Below, piece after piece: positions 1 to 11,527 of a stretch of 64,000 bases of DNA. The position numbers were made by a program, and so were the translations under genes. Source of the stretch: Convolutriloba macropyga (Eukaryota); NCBI RefSeq assembly GCF_964194025.1, contig NC_134482.1:9858001-9922000 (forward strand), written 5' to 3'. Position 1 is the first letter of the stretch. Every line of letters begins with the position of its first letter. The notes beneath the pieces are model-generated. The model did not search any database and had not been told where the DNA came from. It worked only from the letters and a program-made list of their open reading frames with translations.

Positions 1-944
1 AGCTCTAATTGACGATATACACGTAAGCCACTGAGGTACCTGGGGAATTATTTTCATTACCACGCAGTGCTGGTGGCCGTACATGAAACGTAAACTTATA
101 GTCAAAGAGACGGAGTGCAAACCTTGCACAGCAATCCGTAAAGACCCTAAGTCTGTAACTCCTGCTAAACAATTTCGACCTCTTGTACCAAGCGTTGAAC
201 CGAATCAAGAAATTCAAATTGATTTTGGAGGTCCTATTTTTAATGAAAAGGGTAACGAGGTATATTTCTTAGCTGCTATCGATCGCTTTTCTAAATATCC
301 CACTGCATGTTTTTATGAAAAAGCTAATGGACAAAATGTTTTAAAAATTTGTGGACATGTACATTGAAAATCAATCACAGAATCCCAAAACGATTAAGAG
401 TAAAAATGGCATGTATCAAAGAAAAAAAATCGGCTAATAGCGCTTTTCATGTAAAGTACGCATTAAATATTATTATTCACCAATTGCGGATATGTGAGTA
501 GAAAACAACAAAGATCTCGCCCCTCGAAGCACACTTTAGCCGAAAACCTAACACTCCGCTGAGCGTAATCTCCACTAAACATAAATTGTCTAACCTCTCA
601 TATGAAAATATTGTAAGCCACAATTTAGATGAAGACACAGTCACGCCAGAAGAAACTCTACCGGACAATAAGTGGATAAATGGCTGCAAGTGCGACATAG
701 AGTTAGAATTAGGAATGAATTGGGCTACGCGGGAGGCCCATGGAAGAGAAAGAGAGATCACGGACGGCGAGTCTAGCTTTCTTCGTTCAGGTTCATATCG
801 GCCAATCCCGCTCACGGAACGAGCTGTACAGCTCAAATGGGCCCAAAATATTCACGTCAAACGACGCTCGAGGAAGAATCTGGAGGGCCTATACAATGTT
901 CTTGCTCCAGGCTTCAGTATTTTAAAAGTAAGCCCTACAACTTG
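1..944 (+). mobile_element. Gypsy integrase fragment (duplicate of 7222-8185)
   Basis: H2C2/rve motifs (YCWWP, QIDFGGP, AAIDRFSKY); same internal deletion and same 3' breakpoint as 7222-8185. Confidence 0.9.
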
Positions 945-1360
945 ACTCAAAAACTACAAAAAATGACCTTGTCACCTTGAGTTTACGTCGTCCCAGCACG
1001 CTGAGCACTCTAAGCACTTGAAAAAAAAAATCAAGCCAGCAATATTACCAATATGCCCTACCCTGCTTATCTCGTTTCAGATGAAAAAATCCTGATTAAA
1101 ATATATTAAAACATCTTCCAAAAAATAGCAGGACAGGACATGAAATACCATCCAAAGAAATGAATGGAAACCTTAGAAACTCTTAATCGACCGAAAGAAG
1201 AAAAGGACAGCACAAGTTAAAAAAAATTGAAGAACTTGAAAAAAAATCAAAACCGTATCTGTATCATAGATATTCTGGTAACGAGAACCGCTGATTTACA
1301 AGAAACTGAAGAAAAAATAAAGCGACAAGTTGCAATTTCAAAGACTTCAATTTCAATTTC

Positions 1361-2280
1361 TCCTGCTAAACAATTTCGACCTCTTGTACCATGCGTTGAA
1401 CCGAATCAAGAAATTCAAATTGGTTTTGGAGGTCCAATTTGTATTGAAAAGGGTAACGAGGTATATTTCTTAGCTGCTATCGATCGCTTTTCTAAATATC
1501 CCACTGCATGTTTTTATGAAAAAGGTAATTGACCAAATGTTTTAAAACTTTGTGGACATATACATTGAAAATCAATCACAGAATCCTCCGATCTATTCGT
1601 CTGGATCAAGAAAAATGTTTTGTTGGAAATCAAGTGAAGAACTTCTGCAATAAAAATAATTTCGAAATTATTGAAGCTCCGGTAAACGACCATTGTGCTA
1701 TTGGCTTGGTAGAAAGGCTAATTCAAACGATTAAGAGTAAACTGGCATGTATCAATGAAGAAAAATCAGATAATAGCCCATTTCATGTAAAGTACGCATT
1801 AGAGATTATTATTCACCAATTGCGGATATGTGAGCAGAAAACAACGAAGATCTAGCCCTTCGAAGCACACTTTAGCCGAAAACCTAATACTCCGCTGAGC
1901 GTAATCTCCACTAAACATAAATTGTCTAATCTCTCAAATGAAAATATTGTAACCCACAATTTAGATGAAGACACAGCTACGCCAGAAGAAATTCTACCGG
2001 AAAATAAGTAGATAAATGGCTGCAAGTGCGACATAGGAGTAGAATTAGGAATGAATCGGGCTACGCGGCAGGCCCATGGAAGAGAAAGAATGATCACGGA
2101 CGGCGAGTCTCCCTTTCTTCGTCCGGGTTCATGCCGGCCAATTGCGCTCACGGAACGAGCTGTACAGCTCAAATTGGGCCAAAAGATTCTCGGCAAACGA
2201 CGCTCGAAGACGCATCTGGAGGGCCCATACAAGGTTCTTATTCCAGGCTTTAGTATTTTAAAAGTAAGCCCTACAACTTG
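1361..2280 (+). mobile_element. Gypsy integrase fragment
   Basis: rve core (IRLDQ, GLVERLIQTIK); duplicate of 8603-9522; same 3' breakpoint. Confidence 0.9.
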
Positions 2281-3028
2281 ACTCAAAAACTACAAAAAAT
2301 GACCTTCTCACCTTGAGTTTGGGTCGTCCCAGCACGCTGTGCACTCTAAGCACTTGAAAAAACAATCAAGCCAGCAATATTACCAATAGGCCCTACCCTG
2401 CTCATCTCGTTTCAGATGAAAAATCATTGATTAGAATATATCAAAACATCTTCCAAAAAATAGCAGGACAGGACATGAAATACCATCCAAAGAATTGAAA
2501 GGAAACCTTGTAAGATTCTGGTAACGATTTACAAAAAACCGAAGCAAAAAACAAAGCGACAATTTCCAATTTCAAAGACTTTGGACACAAATGACCATCA
2601 GAAGCAAAAACCCCATTATATTTTTCTCCTCACAAAAACGGTTTTGCTTTAGAGAACCCTGCAGCAAGATAAGCTACTGATTAACTGGCAGTTTTCACTT
2701 GAAAAACACCCTAAAAATTGCTGTCACAAAACCCAACCGAAACAAAAAAATGATTAAATTTTTGAAACTAAACAAAAATTAAGTCAAGACCGTTTAACCA
2801 AAACCGGCAATTTCTTGCCAAAAAGTACAAAATGGAAAACCTTCAGGGTACAAGGGAAAATTTGGGTCTTATCGGAGCCAAACGGAGGGCAATACTACTC
2901 CAAATACAGAAAAAAAAATCAAATCTAAGGAAAGTGATAATTTCTTGAAAAATACTTTCAAAATTTCTTGTAATGCTAACATGTTTTCCTTAATTTCGTT
3001 TAACTTTGTAATAGTGTCGCTGCTCCTC

Positions 3029-5163
3029 TGAACTAAAAAAATCATATGTCAGAAAATAAGAAAAAATTATTAAATAGTTGCCAAAATTTGGGTTATTTAT
3101 ATCCCCAATAATTCACCGTGGTCAATAAAATTCATACTTGGTACCAATTGAAGCCTAAAAACAGTTTTATTGATCACTAAAAGTAAATATAAACTGACAA
3201 ATGATTAAAAATTTGAACAATTATCAAAAAAATTAGCAAAATTTAATTGAAAGTTGCAAAAAATAAGGATATCCAAATGGTCAAAACCATTTCTGAGTAG
3301 TTTAAAACATTCATTTAACCAGTCAAACCTCGAAACCCCTATAAAACTGAACACAATTGAAAAACTTTTTGACAAACAAATTGCAAAAAAAGCGAAGAAA
3401 TCTTTTATTAAATTTTTTGTGTTAAAGTTGGCACAAATGACAAAAAGAAACCAAAACAACAGCATTAAAAGACACTTCGCGTGGCATAATAGAAAAATAA
3501 ACAAGAACCAACTTTAAATTTATAATTGGCAGATTTTTGTCAATTAAACTATTCAAAATTTTGTGGTGTTGCTCATAAAAATCTCATTGCTCCCTGATGA
3601 TTCGGTCCCTGCGGATATAACCTCTAAAAGTGACAAAAAGTTTTTGAAGAACTTGATAAAAATTCCAAATCTTTTTGAAAAGAGGCTACATTTTTGGACG
3701 TCAAAACAATTAAATTGATTTTTTCTCCCTAGACATTATGTAGTAAACCAACTTTCGTCTTCATGCTCTGAACATATTTCGGTAGCGCTAAACAATAAAA
3801 CAGGAAATAGTTTTTTTCAAAATAATTGACAAAAATTGCAATTTTTTTGAAATGAAAAACTGAAAAACATGAGAGAAAAATGCAAAAACTTTTTTTATCA
3901 TTTTCAAAGCAAAGGATTCAGGAATTTTGGAAAAATTTATTGTGATACGAATCTTAAAAGAATTTAAAAGGGTCAAAAACCATAAAAAATTGAACCATTC
4001 TGCACTCAAAAATTACAAAAAGTGACATTCTCACCTTGAGTTTAGGTCTTCCCAGCACGCTGAGCACTCTCAGCACTTGAAAAAACAATCAAGCCAGTAT
4101 TATTACCAACAGGCCCTACCCTGCTTATCTCGTTTGGTATGAAAAAATCATTGAAAAAATATATCAAGTAATATCCCAAAAAATAGCAGGACAGGGCATG
4201 AAATACAATCCAAAGAATTGAATGGAAACCTTGGAAACTCTTAGTTGACCAAAAGAAGAAATGGATAGCACAAGTTAAAACAAATTTCAAGTACTTAAAA
4301 CTTGAACTAAAAAAATCATATGTCAGAAAATAAGAAAAAATTATTAAATAGTTGACAAAATTTGGGTTATTTATATCCCCAATAATTCACCGTGGTCAAT
4401 AAAATTTATACTTTGTAACAATTGAAGCCTGAAAACAGTTTTATTGGTCACTAAAAGTAAATATAAACTGACAAATGATTAAAAATTTGAACAATTATCA
4501 AAAAACTAGCAAAATTTAATTGAAAGTTGCAAAAAATAAGGATAGTACCATTTCTGAGTAGTTTAAAACATTCATTTAACCAGTCAAACCTCGAAACCCC
4601 TATAAAACTGAACACAATTGGATAACATTTTGAAAAACAAATTGCAAAAAATAGCGAAGAAATCTTTTATTAAATTTTTTGTGTTAAAGTTGGCACAAAT
4701 GACAAAAAAAATCAAAACAACAGCATTAAAAGACACTTCGCGTGGCATAATAGAAAAATTTCTGAACCACAAAGTCATATGTGAAAAAAAGAAAAAATAA
4801 TACATAGTTGCCAAAATTTGTGACATTGATATCCCTTTAAATTCATCGTGGTCAACAAAAGTTACCCTTTGTACCAATTAAAGCCTGAAAACAGTTTCAT
4901 TGGTCCGTAAAAGCAAAAATAAACTGACAAATGTTAACAATTGGAACAATTAGCAAAAACACTAGCAAAAATTAAGTGAAAGTTGCAAAAAATAAAAATA
5001 TCCAGATGGTCAAACCTATTTCTGAGTAGTTAAAAACATTTCTTTAATCAGTCAAACCTCGAAAGCCGTATAAAACTGTAAACAATTGGAAAACTTTTTG
5101 ATAAACAAATTGAAAAAATAGCGAAGAAATTTTTGTTTATATTTTTTGTGTTAAAGTTTTCTC
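3029..5163 (+). repeat. ~460-bp AT-rich repeat units (3029-3500, 4304-4760, 4760-5163; also 10275-11148, continuing at 17516)
   Basis: Recurrent TGAAC..AAAA.TCATATGT...GTTAAAGTTGGCACAAATGAC...CACTTCGCGTGGCATAAT; the LTR element interrupts one unit. Confidence 0.85.
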
Positions 5164-5550
5164 TGATACCCGTGGATATTTCAAATTTCATTTTATCGTT
5201 TGATGCAGTAAAATTTTATATGATGTATTTAATTTAGTTCAGTTTATTTACCCTGATTAATATTCCACATTTTGATCATTTCTTGCTTTGAATAATTCAG
5301 TACGTCCTTTCTTGGTTTCCCGCTTCGTGATCAGACACGTCTGGTCACACCTTTCTGATTTGCCTACAAGAACTTGAGTTCGAATTTTCTTTTTCTTAAT
5401 TCAAAATCAGTTGTTCTTCTCTCTTTTTAACTCGCACCGCAAGTAAGCGAAAGCAAATTAAGTCCAGATCTCGCTCCGCGAATCAAACGTTTGTAAGAAG
5501 TAAGCTAACACGTATCGCAAGTGACTGTTGAATTCAAATAGTGTACGACA
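5164..5550 (+). repeat. 5' LTR (duplicated copy, intact TG...CA, 387 bp)
   Basis: TGATACCCGT...GTGTACGACA; same length as 17129-17515; followed directly by a PBS. Confidence 0.95.
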
Positions 5551-5564
5551 TGGCGCAGCAAGCA
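5551..5564 (+). promoter_or_regulatory. Primer binding site, probably tRNA-Ser
   Basis: TGGCGCAGCAAGCA immediately after the LTR; 13/14 match to the complement of a tRNA-Ser(UGA) 3' end as I recall it (TGGCGCAGCGAGCA). Confidence 0.7.
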
Positions 5565-8500
5565 AACAAGCGTACAACGCTTGGTATAGATGCCTTTTGG
5601 GACAAGCCGACACCCGACCCTCCTCTTCGTTGGGAAAAATAGAGAGTGCAATACAAACTGGCACTACTTGCAAAGGAGAATATCATCCTCGACACTCTAC
5701 TTGGACCGAAACCTGAGATGGTGGATCTCCCGTTGGAACCTATATATGAGCAGACAATGGTTGGCTCATCTGCACAATCGGAAAGAAAAAGAAATGCCCG
5801 CAACGCTCAGCATAAAATGAATTGGCAAAACAAGTGTCAACGACAAATCGAAATCGGCATAATGCATTAGGTGTGAAGACAAGCCATGATCGAGAAACAG
5901 TCTCTCTTCTCTACTTCATTATCGGGGTGGAAGGACGCCAGATCCTGAACTGCCGAAACCGGCATATAATGATTGATACATTGTCCACTGCAGAATTTTG
6001 GAAAATTGTAGAGGCTGCTTTCATACGACCTCGGAACATCATATTTGGTCGTCAAGTTTCCTTGATAACAACTTCGAAATGAGACTGTCGAGCATTTCTA
6101 CGGTAAGCTAAAAAAAATTAGATGAAATTTGCTATTTTGAAAATAATAAGGAAACCCTAATACATGATGTATTCATTACTATTTTAACTGATCCTGAGAT
6201 CCAAAAAGAACTACTTAAACAAACAGTAGAATCGCGTCAGGCGCTATACCTGGCCATTAACATGGAACTCGGGATGCGAAACCAACATCAGATTCAACAA
6301 CACAATAAGAACCTCATCCCCGCCAGCGTCAATGCAATTCAATTTCCAAACAACCCCCGATCATCAAAGTGGTCGTTTTCGAACAATTTTCAGAAACCGA
6401 ACATTCGCTCCTCACTATATTGTTCAAATTGCGGTGGGAACTGACTCCCAAATCAGCGGGATAAATGTATTGCGAGAGGTAAAACTTGCAAAAATTGCGG
6501 GCTTATGAACCACTTCGACAAGGTTTGTTGAAAACAAAAAAACGCGAAGCTCTAAAACACATAGCAAAAGAACATGAATACTGTGGATGAAGAGCGGCAC
6601 ACCGAAGATTCGGCGAATTTTCTTCAGTCGGTCATATTCTACGGATCCGACTACAGCAGCGGGGTGGACGATACGGTTGCTCTCACCGAGAATGGCAAAG
6701 CAAAGATAGATAGCACGCTGAGCACTCCAAAATCACTCTCGAGTCGAGTTGCATAAATCTACATCAAATTTTACATTTTATCCTCTGAACTACCCTGATA
6801 TTAATCATATCTTTTCAAATAAAGATAAGAAGCCTTCAAAAAAGCGAATTACAAGAGTTCTACTCACTGGCGCCCCGCGCCCCGCGAAAACAACACCTAC
6901 TTCCCCAAGTTCAAACCACAGCACAAATCAGCCCCCAATTTCTCCAAGTGCTACTCGCACAGCGAAACCCTTATCAACTCAAGCCCCAACTTCACCAGCA
7001 CCGTCATCGAATATCAGTACTCCACTCACACCTAGTCTCCAACTTCCTCCTTTTGACAACATAGTAAATAAGGTCGTAAGCAAATCACTGATCGCAGCAC
7101 TTACTAGCAAAGACGCCGTTCTAAAAGAGGTGCGCGATTGCATACTCACCAACAACGAAAGTCGCCTAAAAGAACTCAAGCCTTATTTTCATTCATATTG
7201 GAGAGACCTCCACGTCCGAGCAGCTCTAATTGACGATATACACGTAAGCCACCTAGGTAACTGGAGGATGATATTCATGGCCACGTACTGCTGGTGGCCA
7301 TAACTGAATCGTAAACTTATAGTCAAAGCGACGGAGTGCAAAACTTGCACAAGAATTGGTAAGAACACTAAGTCTGTAACTCCTGCTAAACATTTTCGAC
7401 CTCTTGTACCAAGCGTTGAACCGAATCAAGAAATTCAAATTGATTTTGGAGGTCCTATTTTTATTGAAAAGGGTAACGAGGTATATTTCTTAGCTGCTAT
7501 TGATCGCTTTTCTAAAAACCCCACTGCATGTTTTTATGAAAAATCTAATGGACAAAATGTTTTAAAACTTTGTGGACATGTACATTGAAAATCAATCACA
7601 GAATCCCAAAACGATTAAGAGTAAAAATGGCATGTATCAAAGAAAAAAAAATAGCCTTAAATGCGCTTATAGCGGCTAATAGCGCTTTTCATGTAAAGTA
7701 CGCATTAAAGATTATTATTCACCAATTGCGGATATGTGAGTAGAAAACAACAAAGATCTCGCCCCTCAAAGCACACTTTAGCCGAAAACCTAACACTCCG
7801 CTGAGCGTAATCTCCACTAAACATAAATTGTCCAATCTCTCAAATGAAAATATTGTAAGCCACAATTTAGATGAAGACACAGTCACGCCAGAAGAAACTC
7901 TACCGGACAATAAGTGGATAAATGGCTGCAGTGTGACATAGAATTACAATTAGGAATGAATTGGGCTACGCGGGAGGCCCATGGAAGAGAAAGAGAGATC
8001 ACGGACGGCGAGTCTAGCTTTCTTCGTTCAAGTTCATATCGGCCAATCCCGCTCACGGAACGAGCTGTACAGCTCAAATGGGCCCAAAATATTCACGTCA
8101 AACGACGCTCGAAGAAGAATCTGGAGGGCCTATACAAGGTTCTTGCTCCAGGCTTCAGTATTTTAAAAGTAAGCCCTACAACTTGACTCAAAAACTACAA
8201 AAAATGACCTTGTCACCTTGAGTTTACGTCGTCCCAGCACGCTGAGCACTCTAAGCACTTGAAAAAAACAATCAAGCCAGCAATATTACCAATATGCCCT
8301 ACCCTGCTTATCTCGTTTCAGATGAAAAAATCCTGATTAAAATATATTAAAACATCTTCCAAAAAATAACAGGACAGGACATGAAATACCATCCAAAGAA
8401 ATGAATGGAAACCTTAGAAACTCTTAATCGACCGAAAGAAGAAATGGACAGCACAAGTTAAAACAAAATTGAAGAACTTGAAAAAAATCAAAACCGTATC

Positions 8501-8602
8501 TGTATCATAGGTATTCTGGTAACGAGAACCGCTGATTTACAAAAAAACTGAAGAAAAAATAAAGCGACAAGTTGCAATTTCAAAGACTTCAATTTCAATT
8601 TC

Positions 8603-9522
8603 TCCTGCTAAACAATTTCGACCTCTTGTACCATGCGTTGAGTCGAATCAAGAAATTCAAATTGGTTTCGGAGGTCTAATTTGTATTGAAAAGGGTAACG
8701 AGGTATATTTCTTAGCTGCTATCGATCGCTTTTCTAAATATCCCACTGCATGTTTTTATGAAAAAGGTATTTGACCAAATGTTTTAAAACTTTGTGGACA
8801 TGTACATTGAAAATCAATCACAGAATCCTCCGATCTATTCGTCTGGATCAAGAAAAATGTTTTGTTGGAAATCAAGTGAAGAACTTCTGCAATAAAAATA
8901 ATCTCAAAATTATTGAAGCTCCGGTAAACGACCATTGTGCTATTGGCTTGGTAGAAAGGCTAATTCAAACGATTAAGAGTAAACTGGCATGTATCAATGA
9001 AGAAAAATCAGATAATAGCCCATTTCATGTAAAGTACGCATTAGAGATTATAATTCACCAATTGCGGATATGTGAGCAGAAAACAACGAAGATCTAGCCC
9101 TTCGAAGCACACTTTAGCCGAAAACCTAATACTCCGCTGAGCGTAATCTCCACTAAACATAAATTGTCTAATCTCTCAAATGAAAATATTGTAACCCACA
9201 ATTTAGATGAAGACACAGTTACGCCAGAAGAAATTCTACCGGAAAATAAGAAGATAAATGGCTGCAAGTGCGACATAGGAGTAGAATTAGGAATGAATCG
9301 GGCTACGCGGGAGGCCCATGGACGAGAAAGAATGATCACGGACGGCGAGTCTCCCTTTCTTCGTTCGGGTTCATGCCGGCCAATTCCGCTCACGGAACGA
9401 GCTGTACAGCTCAAATTGGGCCGAAAGATTCTCGGCAAACGACGCTCGAAGACGCATCTGGAGGGCCCATACAAGGTTCTTATTCCAGGCTTCAGTATTT
9501 TAAAAGTAAGCCCTACAACTTG
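8603..9522 (+). mobile_element. Gypsy integrase fragment
   Basis: Near-identical to 1361-2280. Confidence 0.9.
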
Positions 9523-11148
9523 ACTCAAAAACTACAAAAAATGACCTTCTCACCTTGAGTTTGGGTCGTCACAGCACGCTGTGCACTCTAAGCACTTGAA
9601 AAAACAATCAAGCCAGCAATATTACCAATAGGCCCTACCCTGCTCATCTCGTTTCGGATAAAAAATCATTGATTAGAATATATCAAAACATCTTCCAAAA
9701 AATAGCAGGACAGGACATGAAATACCATCCCATCCAAAGAATTGAAAGGAAACCTTGTAAGATTCTGGTAACGATTTACAAAAAACCGAAGCAAAAAACA
9801 AAGCGACAATTTCCAATTTCAAAGACTTTGGACACAAATGACCATCAGAAGCAAAAACCCCATTATATTTTTCTCCTCACAAAAACGGTTTTGCTTTAGA
9901 GAACCCTGCAGCAAGATAAGCTACTGATTAACTGGCAGTTTTCACTTGAAAAACACCCTAAAAATTGCTGTCACAAAACCCAACCGAAACAAAAGAATGA
10001 CTAAATTTTTGAAACTAAACAAAAATTAAGTCAAGACCGTTTAACCAAAACCGGCAATTTCTTGCCAAAAAGTACAAAATGGAAAACTTTCAGGGTACAA
10101 GGGAAAATTTGGGTCTTATCGGAGCCAAACGGAGGGCAATACTACTCCAAATACAGAAAAAAAATCAAATCTAAGGAAAGTGATAATTTCTTGAAAAATA
10201 CCTTCAAAATTTCTTGTAATGCTAACATGTTTTCCTTAATTTCGTTTAACTTTTTAATAGTGTCGCTGCTCCTCTGAACTAAAAAAATCATATGTCAGAA
10301 AATAAGAAAAAATTATTAAATAGTTGCCAACATTTGGGTTATTTATATCCCCAATAATTCACCGTGGTCAATAAAATTTATACTTGGTAACAATTGAAGC
10401 CTGAAAACAGTTTTATTGGTCACTAAAAGTAAATATAAACTGCAAATGATTAAAAATTTGAACAATTATCAAAAAACTAGCAAAATTTAATTAAAAGTTG
10501 CAAAAAATAAGGATATCCAGATGGTCAAAACCATTTCTGAGTAGTTTAAAACATTCATTTAACCAGTCAAACCTCAAAACCCCTATAAAACTGAACACAA
10601 TTGGATAACTTTTTGACAAACAAATTGCAAAAAACAGCGAAGAAATCTTTTATTAAATTTTTTGTGTTAAAGTTGGCACAAATGACAAAAAGAAACCAAA
10701 ACAACAGCATTAAAAGACACTTCGCGTGGCATAATAGAAAAATTTCTGAACCACAAAGTCATATGTGAAAAAAAGAAAAAATAATACATAGTTGCCAAAA
10801 TTTGTGACATTGATATCCCCTTAAATTCATCGTGGTCAACAAAAGTTACCCTTTGTACCAATTAAAGCCTGAAAACAGTTTCATTGGTCCGTAAAAGCAA
10901 AAATAAACTGACAAATGTTAACAATTGGAACAATTAGCAAAAACACTAGCAAAAATTAAGTGAAAGTTGCAAAAAATAAAAATATCCAGATGGTCAAACC
11001 TATTTCTGAGTAGTTAAAAACATTTCTTTAATCAGTCAAACCTCGAAAGCCGTATAAAACTGTAAACAATTGGAAAACTTTTTGATAAACAAATTGAAAA
11101 AAAAAGCGAAGGAATTTTTGTTTATATTTTTTGTGTTAAAGTTTTCTC

Positions 11149-11527
11149 TGATACCCGTGGATATTTCAAATTTCATTTTTATCGTTTGATGCAGTAAAAT
11201 TTTATATGATGTATTTAATTTAGTTCAGTTTATTTACCCTGATTAATATTCCACATTTTGATCATTTCTTGCTTTGAATAATTCAGTACGTCCTTTCTTG
11301 GTTTCCCGCTTCGTGATCAGACACGTCTGGTCACACCTTTCTGATTTGCCTACAAGAACTTGAGTTCGAATTTTCTTTTTCTTAATTCAAAATCAGTTGT
11401 TCTTCTCTCTATTTAACTCGCACCGCAAGTAAGCGAAAGCAAATTAAGTCCAGATCTCGCTCCGCGAATCAAACGTTTGTAAGAAGTAAGCTAACACGTA
11501 TCGCAAGTGACTGTTGAATTCAAATAG
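11149..11527 (+). repeat. 5' LTR of the near full-length copy (3' end and PBS deleted)
   Basis: Nearly identical to 5164-5541, then jumps at AAATAG into gag (101-bp deletion relative to the 5164 copy). Confidence 0.93.

Larger units (their letters stand above)
5164..8185 (+). mobile_element. Internally deleted, 3'-truncated duplicate of the Gypsy element (LTR-PBS-gag-delta(PR/RT/RH)-IN)
   Basis: Colinear with 11149-12594, then 14611-16178; ~2-kb deletion at 6710/6727. Confidence 0.92.
1..11148. repeat. Tandem segmental duplication (1-~3500 = 7222-~10745; ~4300-6710 = ~10275-12594)
   Basis: Long near-identical colinear blocks with offsets of ~7.2 kb and ~6.0 kb. Confidence 0.9.

Noticed and set aside
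3205-4877. K/F/N-rich ORFs in AT-rich repeats (also 17554-22400, 43461-46200, 49575-53085)
   Set aside because: Low-complexity chance ORFs within repeats; frames are not conserved between copies
945-5160. CRISPR-like or prokaryotic reading of the regularly recurring repeats
   Set aside because: Repeats are hundreds of bp long with no unique spacers or cas genes; the context is an intron-containing eukaryotic genome
477-9528. Recurrent antisense ORFs (MSCTARSVSG...) opposite the integrase
   Set aside because: Shadow frames of the duplicated pol sequence with variable starts and stops
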